From: Candidatus Melainabacteria bacterium
Lineage (GTDB): Bacteria > Cyanobacteriota > Vampirovibrionia > LMEP-6097
Length of the DNA: 35,255 nucleotides
Direction: 5' to 3'
Assembly (NCBI GenBank): GCA_043787715.1
Contig: JAYVUR010000224.1
Coordinates: 1 to 35,255 of the forward strand
Shown here: one piece after another, positions 8,963-17,187 of the stretch
How the letters are laid out: every line of letters starts with the position of its first letter
Position numbering within the stretch: the stretch's first letter is position 1
Notes under the pieces: model-generated
The model's database searches: none
What the model was told of the DNA's origin: nothing
Seen by the model: only the letters and a program-made list of their open reading frames with translations
Made by a program: the position numbers and the translations under genes

Positions 8963-11900
8963 CTTGATAACGACTAGGATCAGCATCGGCTTGGGCATCT
9001 TCCCATTCGCTCTGCTCAAAAATACTAAAAATTAGAGTTAAAAGTACCAGCTCTCTAAGCTTCTTAGCCTCGGCATTACGATTACTAGTATTAGAACCGT
9101 AAGTAGTATCTATACTACTTGATAAAGCGTTTATATCTTTAGAAAATCCTTCTACTGCGCTGCGAACAGAATTGAGGGCTTTGCCTATTGTTGTTTGGTC
9201 ATTCTCATTACTTTCTTGAATATATTTTTTAGCCAAAGATTCTATCGAGCTATCGCCCCCAGCTTTACTGTCAAACATTTTTACAACTGCGTCTTTAAGA
9301 GCTGTAGTGGCTTCTATCACAGCCTTCTGAGCATTTTCTAACTCTGTTTGCTTATTATTAAAACTATTATTAGCTTCAGCCAGGGCAGTCAATTTGTCCG
9401 CTTTCGATCGATCGGCTGCTTGTTTCGCGCTCAAGGATGTTGCTTTTGCAGCAGCATCTCTATCAGAAGTAGATTTCGAATTATCAACATCAGCTTGGCT
9501 AACACCTTCTACGCCTTGATCAAATTTTGCTTTAACTACATCATAATCATTTTGAGACTTAGCAGCTTTTGTAACTGCACTATTGTATGCTTTATTAGCA
9601 TCATCTGCAGCCTTTTTAGCCGAATCATGATTTTGTTTGGCAGTATCAAGATCCCCTGAAGCCCCTTGATGAGCACTTTGAAGACCAGGTAATTTATCTA
9701 CCGCTGTTTGATAAGCTGTTTGCAGTTTCGCTAATTCTGCTTTCTTCTCTGCGGTATAAAACTGAGTGGTTATAACATTAATAAGATCTTGCTTGGCAGT
9801 ACTAACAGCTGTTTGGTTGAACTGATTTACAGCTGTTATTAAACTAGTTTTTCTATCGGTAATTTCTGAAGTGTTAATATTGATTTCTTTGATGTTATTT
9901 GCACGCTGCACCAACTCTGAACCCAGCTTCGCTATAACCATCGCTGAGACCGTAGCATTAAGTGCCGGTGCTGGTAGATCTCTATCTGGCAAGCTGCCAT
10001 CAGTACGCGCCTCCGGCAATTTAGCACTTATATACTGAGCGTTTTGTTTATTGGCAGTATAATCCTCAACCGCAAATAACATTTGTGCTTGGTTACTACG
10101 TTTCATTTGTAATTGGACTATAGCTGTTTTAGACTCTGGGTCGATAAGAGGAATTAATTCACCACTAGCCTTATTCCTAACTACACTAGTAGGTTCAGGA
10201 CTCCAAGCTTGTTTACGACCCTTAGTATCTACCGAATAAAAAGTTTCAATAAAAGTACCAGTCTCATCCATCACTGCCATTTTGCGATTATTGTTATTTC
10301 CAAAATAAAATACATCTCTTGAAAGACCTTGATAATCTGGAGTATCTAGAACTTCTTTATTGATTAAGGCCGCATCAGGAGCAAGAAACTTACCAGCTTG
10401 GTTGTAATGCAGGGCAATTTCTTCTTTACCAGCTTTGATAATCCCAGCTAGATCCATTTCGCTAATACTGACACCATCTATACTAGTGATCTCATTCTTA
10501 TCATTGACATTAATTCTCTTAGAGCCAGCCATAAAATAGCTGCCAGAGCTATCTTGAAGAATAGGCATAAACTCTGGTGCCACTAATTTACCCTTATTAA
10601 GTACAGGAGAATTCACCACTTCTCGCTGCTGATTGCTTGGATTTAAAACCATATTCTGCTTAGCTTCATCAGTGTTTACTCTTAGTTTAAATATCGGCTG
10701 ACCATCACTGGTTAAAAGTTTGATTGTATTGCCTCTTGTATCTTGGACAGGAACTACTAACTGACCATTAGACTTACGTTTTAAATCTGCCATGGCGATT
10801 GTCTCACCTTTAGCATTAATCAAAGGCAAGAAATCTGAGCTGTTCTTTCTTACTAAAGCACCAGTCGTACTAATAGTATAAGTAGACGGGTCTAATAATT
10901 GACCATTATCCAGCTTAAAAGCTGTTACCTGCTTGTTGGCATTCAACAAAACAGGCTGCAATAAATGTTCATTAACAGCAAAACCATTTGCATCATGCAA
11001 TGGCACCAGTCCATAATTACGTTGCAGTTCGCCACCTAGATCTAACTCTGGTATATATTCATTCTCAGCAAGATCTAACTTAGCTTGAACAATTTCAGCT
11101 ACTGAGTGCGCCCTTGCATTAGTACCAGCAAATAATTTTTCAGTTTCAGAAAGCTGAGAATAATCTACAGCTTCTAGCCTCTTATCCCCATTAATAACAT
11201 CAGTTATAGTTCTATTATCCTTAAGAACCACAGAAATATTAGTCTGCAATTGTTTCTCAACAATAGCAGCTTTATGCAGCTCTATTACGAAAGCTTGCAG
11301 AGCCGCTGTTTCATCTGCACTGCAATCAGCTAAAGTTTTAGCGCCTGTTTTTAACCCTTCAAGCGTACTAAATACGTTATCAGGCACCGCAAAATTAAGC
11401 CCTTGATAACCAAGCACCTTAGCTGAACCTACATTAAAAGCTATTGTCCCTTCTGGCGGAATCCCTTCGGTAGTTTGATAAAAATACTGCCCCGGAGATA
11501 AACCGGTAATAGTGTGAATATTAGCTGCAGCTAAATCACTAAGTACAGTATTCAAGTTTATTTGTTTATCCTTACTAAGAGGATAGACACCACCCTGAAA
11601 GCGATCTAAGGTAAATAAATTTAGTTGCTTCTCTGAAAGTTTTCCAACTGCTTGCAGTTTAAGTTCTGTAGCCGTGGGATTAGGTTTATCAGCCAAACTA
11701 GCAATATAGTTCATCACCTTCTTCATGCTGGATATAGAATTATCAGACTTAAATACGATGCCATTAAAAATTCTGGCGGCCGTATCAATATTAGTATCTA
11801 CGCCATAAGCATCATTACCATCATTAATCTCATCAAAATTAAAATTGGCGGAAATTCGATTGTACTCATAAATAGAATCTTGACCGCTACCCGTAACAAA

Positions 11901-12923
11901 GCCCTTCTTGCCATCTGCACCTAGTCCAGTAAAAGCTAAAAGTTCATTCATGAGGGTGGTGATTTGCGTCTGAACATTATTCCAGGTATTGTTACCGCTA
12001 TTATTAATTGCCGTAATTGCAGCAGTCCACTTCTGGCTTAAAGTATCACTAAGTAAAGCGTCTATTTTGGCTTTTTGATCGTCAGTATAGGACTTAATAC
12101 TTTGCAATGGATTACTATCAAGCAGGTTATCAACTAGTTTTCTCTGCTGATTCAAAAAATCAGGGACGCTAATCTTCCTACTAGCAAGCTTGCTAAGTAA
12201 ATCTAAGTCTGTATCACGAGGCTGCTTAGTTAATTCAGCAAAATATTCTGCCGAGCGAGAATTAGCAGATGTTGATGGATTTATCAGACCATCCTCATTG
12301 AACTTAGCAGATATTGTTTTTTTAACTATAGACCCAGTAAGCTGCCCGGTTGAAGTTAATTCTTGAAACCCAACTTCTTCTTGAAACATGCCAGGCAAGT
12401 TACTACTATCAAAACCTACTAACCTACTCTTGCCAGCAACCACTTGCTGTTTATAATTATCTATTATCGCTGCTAAGGTTAAACCCGCTGCTGACTGCCC
12501 TAGTATCATGGCTTCTTGTCTTTCTAAATATTCAGCTTGAGTGATTTTGCCTCTTGATAAATCTTCAGCCATTAAACGAGCAAGAGTAGAATATTTCTTC
12601 TGATAAACTCTACTACTCAAGCTGCCAAGCTCAGCTAAACGCGAAGCGTCGGTTTGCATATAGATTTTCTGTTTGATGCCAAAAAGATCACTAAGAACTA
12701 AATTCTGAGTACCAAATGCTTCGCCACGAAATTCCGTATCAGCAGTACTACCATCCTCATCAAGAAGATCAAGTTGTATAGCATCTACTTCGCCTTGCTT
12801 AGTAGCAATAGTTTTTAAAATACCAAGAACGTCCGTGGCCGCAGCTTCCACGCTGCCACGTGCTTTATCAGGGCTAATCTCAACAGCTGTCGCTTCCGGA
12901 TTTATACTTAGGCCATCCGCCAT
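8946..12923 (-). CDS. Giant hypothetical protein (1325 aa). No signal peptide; the central region has degenerate beta-like repeats; the C-terminal ~330 aa is Ala/Lys/Asp/Gln-rich coiled coil
   Basis: Single uninterrupted 3978-nt ORF with no family motif recognised. The C-terminal region has heptad-like low-complexity sequence (…[33 protein letters not shown]…) and a short hydrophobic patch, [11 protein letters not shown], 30 aa from the end. Confidence 0.75.
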   Translation of the reverse strand: MADGLSINPEATAVEISPDKARGSVEAAATDVLGILKTIATKQGEVDAIQLDLLDEDGSTADTEFRGEAFGTQNLVLSDLFGIKQKIYMQTDASRLAELGSLSSRVYQKKYSTLARLMAEDLSRGKITQAEYLERQEAMILGQSAAGLTLAAIIDNYKQQVVAGKSRLVGFDSSNLPGMFQEEVGFQELTSTGQLTGSIVKKTISAKFNEDGLINPSTSANSRSAEYFAELTKQPRDTDLDLLSKLASRKISVPDFLNQQRKLVDNLLDSNPLQSIKSYTDDQKAKIDALLSDTLSQKWTAAITAINNSGNNTWNNVQTQITTLMNELLAFTGLGADGKKGFVTGSGQDSIYEYNRISANFNFDEINDGNDAYGVDTNIDTAARIFNGIVFKSDNSISSMKKVMNYIASLADKPNPTATELKLQAVGKLSEKQLNLFTLDRFQGGVYPLSKDKQINLNTVLSDLAAANIHTITGLSPGQYFYQTTEGIPPEGTIAFNVGSAKVLGYQGLNFAVPDNVFSTLEGLKTGAKTLADCSADETAALQAFVIELHKAAIVEKQLQTNISVVLKDNRTITDVINGDKRLEAVDYSQLSETEKLFAGTNARAHSVAEIVQAKLDLAENEYIPELDLGGELQRNYGLVPLHDANGFAVNEHLLQPVLLNANKQVTAFKLDNGQLLDPSTYTISTTGALVRKNSSDFLPLINAKGETIAMADLKRKSNGQLVVPVQDTRGNTIKLLTSDGQPIFKLRVNTDEAKQNMVLNPSNQQREVVNSPVLNKGKLVAPEFMPILQDSSGSYFMAGSKRINVNDKNEITSIDGVSISEMDLAGIIKAGKEEIALHYNQAGKFLAPDAALINKEVLDTPDYQGLSRDVFYFGNNNNRKMAVMDETGTFIETFYSVDTKGRKQAWSPEPTSVVRNKASGELIPLIDPESKTAIVQLQMKRSNQAQMLFAVEDYTANKQNAQYISAKLPEARTDGSLPDRDLPAPALNATVSAMVIAKLGSELVQRANNIKEININTSEITDRKTSLITAVNQFNQTAVSTAKQDLINVITTQFYTAEKKAELAKLQTAYQTAVDKLPGLQSAHQGASGDLDTAKQNHDSAKKAADDANKAYNSAVTKAAKSQNDYDVVKAKFDQGVEGVSQADVDNSKSTSDRDAAAKATSLSAKQAADRSKADKLTALAEANNSFNNKQTELENAQKAVIEATTALKDAVVKMFDSKAGGDSSIESLAKKYIQESNENDQTTIGKALNSVRSAVEGFSKDINALSSSIDTTYGSNTSNRNAEAKKLRELVLLTLIFSIFEQSEWEDAQADADPSRYQVTDDG

Positions 12924-12966
12924 ACTAATAGAAGACCCCGATTAGGTTAAGGGCTTGTTAAGACCC

Positions 12967-13321
12967 CTAAACGATGGGTTTTAAGCTAGAATAATCCCTG
13001 ATGTTCCCTACCGCAAAAGAGCAAGATAGCCTATATGTCTTGGGCTCACCGCGTGATGATGGTAATATTGCCGTGCTCTGCCGCAGCTCTGGAGCGAAAG
13101 CAGGACCGGCACTCTGTACTAGCAAACGTGATGCTGTTAGCCTTAAAACCCGCCTTGCTAATGACCCTCGCGGTATGGGCAATCACCGCGCTCTTGAAAT
13201 CATCAAAAGTCTTTATATCTACAAGATCCCAGCTGGGCTTGAACCACTTTGGGAACCGGGTTTGCTTTGGGCTTATTTGCCAGCGGAGCGGGCGCATTGT
13301 GTAGAATCACAAAACTTCTAG
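12967..13321. ncRNA. Candidate structured RNA or long structured 5' leader (family and strand unassigned)
   Basis: The region lies in the intergenic space between the radA stop and the giant-gene start. It is visibly more GC-rich than its flanks. Four overlapping stop-free frames of 71-106 codons occur here, two on each strand, and none looks like a protein. Competing complementary segments are accgcg 13048-13053, cgcggt 13169-13174 and accgcg 13185-13190. There is a local 7-bp hairpin at 13022-13042. Confidence 0.3.
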
Positions 13322-14802
13322 CTTAACATCTTGATATCTCTTAGCGGCTGCACTGCTATCTTATACTTCTCAGAATATTTAGCTAATTCTGATTTGTCCT
13401 GCTGCGGGCAAATCACTCGCTTAAAACCAAGCTTGGCTGCTTCACGTATTCTAGCTTCAAGATTAGATATAGAGCGCAGCTCACCAGCAAGACCAATCTC
13501 ACCAAGCGCTACAGTATCTTCGAATTCATGAGCAAGTTTATCGTTGCTGGCAGTAATAAGAGCAAGAGCGATAGCCAGATCTGCAGCTGGGTCTTTCAAG
13601 TTCATACCACCAGCTACATTACAGTAGACATCAGCCTTAGCAAGACTAAGCCCGAGACGCTTATCAAGTATCGCTAGTATTTGCTGCAAGCGATTTAATT
13701 CCACGCCATTAGCTACGCGGCGCGGATTAGAGTAGTCAGAAGCTAAGACTAGAGCCTGCACTTCAAGTAACAGTGAACGTTTGCCTTCTTTACTAGCAAA
13801 AACTATGCCACCAGCTCGCTCACTCAAAAATAATTCTGATGGATTGCTAAGATCTTTAAGCCCTGTCTCTAGCATAGTAAATAACGCCACTTCATCAGTG
13901 CTACCGAAACGATTCTTAATGCTGCGCACTATGCGTATACTAGCGTCACGTTCACCCTCGAATTGCAATACGGTATCAACCATATGTTCAAGTATCTTGG
14001 GACCAGCAATATCACCATCTTTATTAATATGACCAACAAGAATTATAGGTATACCTGTACTCTTGGCGAAGCGCATTAGATTAGCTGCACATTCACGTAT
14101 CTGGGTCTGGGAGCCGGGTATAGAATCTAGCTCGGGCAAATATATAGTCTGGATACTATCAATAATAATTAAGCCCGGCTCTATAGTTCGGGTCTTCTCT
14201 ATTAGTTCTTCCAGGTTATTTTCGGTAGAAATTAATAGCTGATCAAGGGATCCTTCGCTTCGCTCAGGATAGCAGAAAGGTGCCTTACGGCACGTTTCTG
14301 CGCTGTCAGCGACAGTTGCACTATCTTTATGACTATCCAACAATCCTAATCGCCGCGCCCGTATCTTAATTTGTTCAGAACTCTCTTCGGCACTAAGATA
14401 CAGCACTCGCATCTTAGTGCTATAACTTGCCGCAAGCTGCAACAATAAAGTAGACTTGCCTATACCCGGTTCGCCCGCTATAAGAGTAATGCTGCCCGGT
14501 ACTATGCCACCACCCATCACTTGATCAAACTCACTAGAGTTAGAAGCTATGCGTTTATAAGCAGAGTCTGGGATTTCATCAAGCTTAAGTAGCTGCGCTT
14601 CTGGACTCAAGAAGACCCCGTGTTTAGGTTTGCGCTGACGCTCAGCCTGCTTTGAATTAATAAGCTTCTTAGCAACAAAACTGCCCCAAGCGCCGCAATG
14701 ACTGCAACGCCCAAGGTAGCCGCTGGCCTCATAGCCACATTCTTGGCAATGCCAAATTGATTTGGCTTTGGCGCTGGGTCTTAAACTCGATTCCACTTGC
14801 AT
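13318..14802 (-). CDS. radA: DNA repair protein RadA/Sms
   Basis: N-terminal zinc finger WHCQECGYEASGYLGRCSHCGAWG, Walker A GEPGIGKSTLLLQ, the KNRFG motif and a Lon-protease-like C-terminal domain. I place the start at ATG 14802 (MQVESSLRPSAKAKSIWHCQEC). The track's extension to 14910 uses TTG and adds 36 non-RadA residues. Confidence 0.9.
   Translation of the reverse strand: MQVESSLRPSAKAKSIWHCQECGYEASGYLGRCSHCGAWGSFVAKKLINSKQAERQRKPKHGVFLSPEAQLLKLDEIPDSAYKRIASNSSEFDQVMGGGIVPGSITLIAGEPGIGKSTLLLQLAASYSTKMRVLYLSAEESSEQIKIRARRLGLLDSHKDSATVADSAETCRKAPFCYPERSEGSLDQLLISTENNLEELIEKTRTIEPGLIIIDSIQTIYLPELDSIPGSQTQIRECAANLMRFAKSTGIPIILVGHINKDGDIAGPKILEHMVDTVLQFEGERDASIRIVRSIKNRFGSTDEVALFTMLETGLKDLSNPSELFLSERAGGIVFASKEGKRSLLLEVQALVLASDYSNPRRVANGVELNRLQQILAILDKRLGLSLAKADVYCNVAGGMNLKDPAADLAIALALITASNDKLAHEFEDTVALGEIGLAGELRSISNLEARIREAAKLGFKRVICPQQDKSELAKYSEKYKIAVQPLRDIKMLS
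14246..14338. repeat. In-frame insertion inside radA, made of one repeat-family arm plus two extra hairpins
   Basis: gggatccttcgcttcgctcaggatagca (14248-14275) matches the repeat family. A 7+5 bp hairpin follows at 14272-14301 (gcagaaaggtgcc-ttac-ggcacgtttctgc), then ctgtc-agc-gacag. The segment is translated as SHKDSATVADSAETCRKAPFCYPERSEGSL, between the conserved RLGL and the downstream LISTENNLEEL segment. Confidence 0.75.
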
Positions 14803-14832
14803 ACATATATATGATATCATATATATGTATGC
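14799..14832. repeat. Perfect 34-bp AT-rich palindrome overlapping the radA start codon
   Basis: gcatacatatatatgat|atcatatatatgtatgc; the reverse complement of the left half equals the right half, verified base by base. Outward-facing ATGs lie at both ends (14802 on the - strand, 14829 on the + strand). Confidence 0.9.
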
Positions 14833-14846
14833 CAAAAGGAGGTCAC

Positions 14847-14918
14847 ATGACTGAAGACAAAGACAGAATAATCGTTCAATCTCTGAAGAACTTACTGCTA
14901 TTCTTTGCAAGCAATTAG
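14847..14918 (+). CDS. Speculative 23-aa mini-ORF (MTEDKDRIIVQSLKNLLLFFASN) preceded by a strong SD
   Basis: AAGGAGGT at 14837-14844, 2 nt before ATG 14847, is the best SD match in a window where most genes lack one. The ORF is on the strand opposite to both neighbours. There is no homology evidence. Confidence 0.15.
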   Translation: MTEDKDRIIVQSLKNLLLFFASN

Positions 14919-14946
14919 CAATAGACGAGTTTCGAGATCAAATGAA

Positions 14947-15768
14947 TCAGCAGTAAGAATTATTCATAATCTCACCCAGCCCACCAGCACCTGGAATAAT
15001 GTACTGGATTGGAGTTAAACCCGACTCCTTCTCCCAATGAGTACCGGGTTTAGTGGCTAATATATCAGCATTAGAAGCGCCTCGATCTAGACGCAAGGCA
15101 TAGACAATGACATCAGGTGCTTTAGTTTTAAGTGCACGTAAATAATCTGGAGTAATAATGAGATTAAGCGCAATAATCTTAGTAGCTTTGCCGTGACTGC
15201 GATAGTGGTTCACCGCTTCTATTAATGAAGATCCGGTTGCACCCATGGGATCAGGAAAAAGAACTATAGCGTCATCAATACTGCCACCAATCTTGCTATC
15301 ACCAAAGTGAGCACCAGTTACATGCTGCTGGGCGTCTACCGTGCGCGCCATCACCACATGATCCTGACGTACTAGATCCGGTTCAAGAATACGATTAAGA
15401 AACTCAAAACAAGTTTGGCTAGGTAAAGATCCCGCACGCGCGAGGTTAACGGTAACAGCGCGTTGCTTGGAATTAATCACAGGGCCTGCCCAAACTCCGC
15501 GCTCAGGCTCAGTTGCTGCCATACGCGTAGCAATTGAACTAGTACTAGTAGCAAATTCGCGAGAGACCACATCACGAACTAAATAACTATATAGTTCACG
15601 CACTAGATAGCTAATCTCGGGTTGCACGGTACTTGGCTTAGAGAGTTTAGCTAAAAGTGTTAGTGCCAGTGGCTCAGAGAGTATATGGTAATTAGCTCCA
15701 TAATTATGCTCAAGCTCACGGCAGGCTTGGCTGTAAGCTTGGTCTATACTGGATTTGGTGCCTGGCAT
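14947..15768 (-). CDS. upp: Uracil phosphoribosyltransferase family protein (long form, 273 aa)
   Basis: PRPP-binding loop VLFPDPMGATGSS and a C-terminal YIIPGAGGLGE (Upp: YIVPGLGDAGD). It is about 60 aa longer than canonical Upp. Confidence 0.7.
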   Translation of the reverse strand: MPGTKSSIDQAYSQACRELEHNYGANYHILSEPLALTLLAKLSKPSTVQPEISYLVRELYSYLVRDVVSREFATSTSSIATRMAATEPERGVWAGPVINSKQRAVTVNLARAGSLPSQTCFEFLNRILEPDLVRQDHVVMARTVDAQQHVTGAHFGDSKIGGSIDDAIVLFPDPMGATGSSLIEAVNHYRSHGKATKIIALNLIITPDYLRALKTKAPDVIVYALRLDRGASNADILATKPGTHWEKESGLTPIQYIIPGAGGLGEIMNNSYC

Positions 15769-16829
15769 TGAGATAATTCTATCATAGGCAACAAATGCTT
15801 AAACTCCTGTGGTTCTGAACCAAAACCCAATCTAAACCTACCAGGATCAGCCCCAAATAAATCACCCTTAACAATAAACAACTCAGTGTTAATATGAGCC
15901 GGCAAGCACGGAAACAAAACTGGTCCGCCTATATAATCAGGATGCGCATCTATCTTCAATCCAGACTCCTGCAATAAAACTAAATTAGTTTTTGCGATTT
16001 TACGATTGCGCTCAGTAATGTAATTAGCATGCTCAAGCACTGAACAAGCGATCAACTCAGAGAGCGTACTTGATCTAAGTGAAAGGTAATTCTTAAGTGC
16101 CGAACATTCTGCTAGTAACTTTTGATTCTGACTAGCAATCCAGCCCAAACGTAAACCCGGACAAGAATAGGACTTGCTAATATCACCAATTACTATAGCG
16201 CCATAATTAATCGCTGAAGATACTGGCACCAGCGAACTGGGTCTAAATACTTCATCCACTATTAAATGAGCTTGGTAAGGTTCTAATAAACCAGCAATGC
16301 GTTGCATCGCCGTGTCAGTAATCACAGTGCCAAGCGGATTATTAGGATTATTCAAGACTAAGCCTGTGAGCTTAGGACAAGTAGTGAATATTGTTTCAAG
16401 CCGATTAATATTCTCATCGGGCGTGAGAGCCGCATCATAATCCCAATCTATGATCTGCGCACCTTTATCAGCAGCAACTTGATAGAGTGATTGATAAATA
16501 GGTTTCTGTACTATAAAACAACTATCACTATTAGCAAGTACTGAGAAGAGTAGATAAATAGCTTCGGATGCGCCGGTGGTGATTAACACGTCATCCTGAG
16601 TGCGTAGCGCGAAGGATCCCTTGGTGGCAGCATGGGGGTCCTTCGCTTCGCTCAGGATGACAGATATCAACTCACGCAAACGCTTCAAACCATATTGCTC
16701 ACTATAATCCAGCTTAAGGCTTAGCCAAGACTCAAGTACTCGCAAGTGACTCGCTTCATCATAATTAGCAAGAATAGAAACTAAATCAAGTGCTGGAAAT
16801 AAAGCTGAACTAATACTAGCCAAACCCAA
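15744..16829 (-). CDS. PLP-dependent aminotransferase, class I/II
   Basis: NNPNNPLGTV (family motif: NPxNPTG), SKSYSCPGLRLGW (PLP lysine motif SKxxxxxGxRxG), and LRE…ITTGASEAIYLLF. Its 3' end overlaps the start of the UPRTase-like gene by 25 nt. Confidence 0.8.
   Translation of the reverse strand: MGLASISSALFPALDLVSILANYDEASHLRVLESWLSLKLDYSEQYGLKRLRELISVILSEAKDPHAATKGSFALRTQDDVLITTGASEAIYLLFSVLANSDSCFIVQKPIYQSLYQVAADKGAQIIDWDYDAALTPDENINRLETIFTTCPKLTGLVLNNPNNPLGTVITDTAMQRIAGLLEPYQAHLIVDEVFRPSSLVPVSSAINYGAIVIGDISKSYSCPGLRLGWIASQNQKLLAECSALKNYLSLRSSTLSELIACSVLEHANYITERNRKIAKTNLVLLQESGLKIDAHPDYIGGPVLFPCLPAHINTELFIVKGDLFGADPGRFRLGFGSEPQEFKHLLPMIELSQCQAPNPV
16590..16661. repeat. Complete two-armed copy of the palindromic repeat, embedded in frame in the aminotransferase gene
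   Basis: gtcatcctgagtgcgtagcgcgaaggatccc-ttggtggcagcat-gggggtccttcgcttcgctcaggatgac. This is 72 nt, exactly 24 codons, translated as VILSEAKDPHAATKGSFALRTQDD. Confidence 0.85.
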
Positions 16830-16876
16830 AGCCTCGACACGATTATATTCATCTTCTAATAGAAATGCTTGCAGAA

Positions 16877-17056
16877 CTATTTAATCTCGCGATGCACGGT
16901 GTGCTTGCGCAAATTTTTATTGTACTTACGGGCTTCCATCTTGTCTGGATGCTTCTTCTTATTCTTAAAAGTAGTGTAGCGTGATGGTGAAACACCAAGA
17001 CCACGGGCCTCAGTACACTCAAGAGTAACAACTACATAATCCTTCTTTTTCGCCAT
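16877..17056 (-). CDS. rpmG: 50S ribosomal protein L33
   Basis: My own translation gives MAKKKDYVVVTLECTEARGLGVSPSRYTTFKNKKKHPDKMEARKYNKNLRKHTVHREIK* (59 aa), with GAGGA 7 nt upstream of the ATG. The track ORF 16849-17031 is a shadow in another frame. Confidence 0.85.
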   Translation of the reverse strand: MAKKKDYVVVTLECTEARGLGVSPSRYTTFKNKKKHPDKMEARKYNKNLRKHTVHREIK

Positions 17057-17067
17057 ATTATCCTCTA

Positions 17068-17083
17068 TCTGGACTAGTCCAGA
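17068..17083. promoter_or_regulatory. Perfect 16-bp palindrome tctggactagtccaga in the rpmG 5' region
   Basis: It lies 12-27 nt upstream of the rpmG ATG and just downstream of a possible -10 box (TACAAT on the - strand, 17091-17096). Confidence 0.35.
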
Positions 17084-17187
17084 CTGAGTTATTGTACAAA
17101 AAATAGCCTAAGAAAAGTATTAAGAAAGGCTGCAAATGCCCGAAATACAAGGATAAGTGTCAAGGTGGCACTCTAAGGATAATAAGT

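Noticed and set aside
12967-13321. Four ORFs from the track (12967-13182 -, 13001-13321 +, 13035-13304 +, 13046-13297 -) considered as protein-coding genes. The same region was also considered as RNase P RNA, tmRNA, SRP RNA, a 6S-like RNA, a cobalamin riboswitch or a c-di-GMP riboswitch.
   Set aside because: The translations are Arg/Ser/Cys-rich with no SD and no family resemblance, and they mutually overlap in four frames. By eye I found no GGAAAGTCC (RNase P P4). I found no GGGG…TTCGA 5' end or GGTTCGAnTCC…CCA 3' end (tmRNA). I found no CAGGTCCGGAAGGAAGCAGC (SRP domain IV), no GCCACTG B12 core, and no convincing GGCAAACC…ACGCAAAGCC (GEMM). Short resemblances to E. coli 6S (AGCCTTAAAAC, CTTGAACCA) are wrongly spaced. 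The family is therefore left unassigned.
14803-14910. N-terminal extension of the radA ORF in the track (MQRIAVSSSEIERLFCLCLQSCDLLLAYIYMISYIC).
   Set aside because: It uses a TTG start, is not RadA-like, and runs through the 34-bp palindrome. The canonical RadA zinc finger begins about 15 residues after ATG 14802.
16849-17031. 60-aa minus-strand ORF from the track.
   Set aside because: It is an out-of-frame shadow of rpmG. The frame from ATG 17056 gives an unmistakable L33 sequence.
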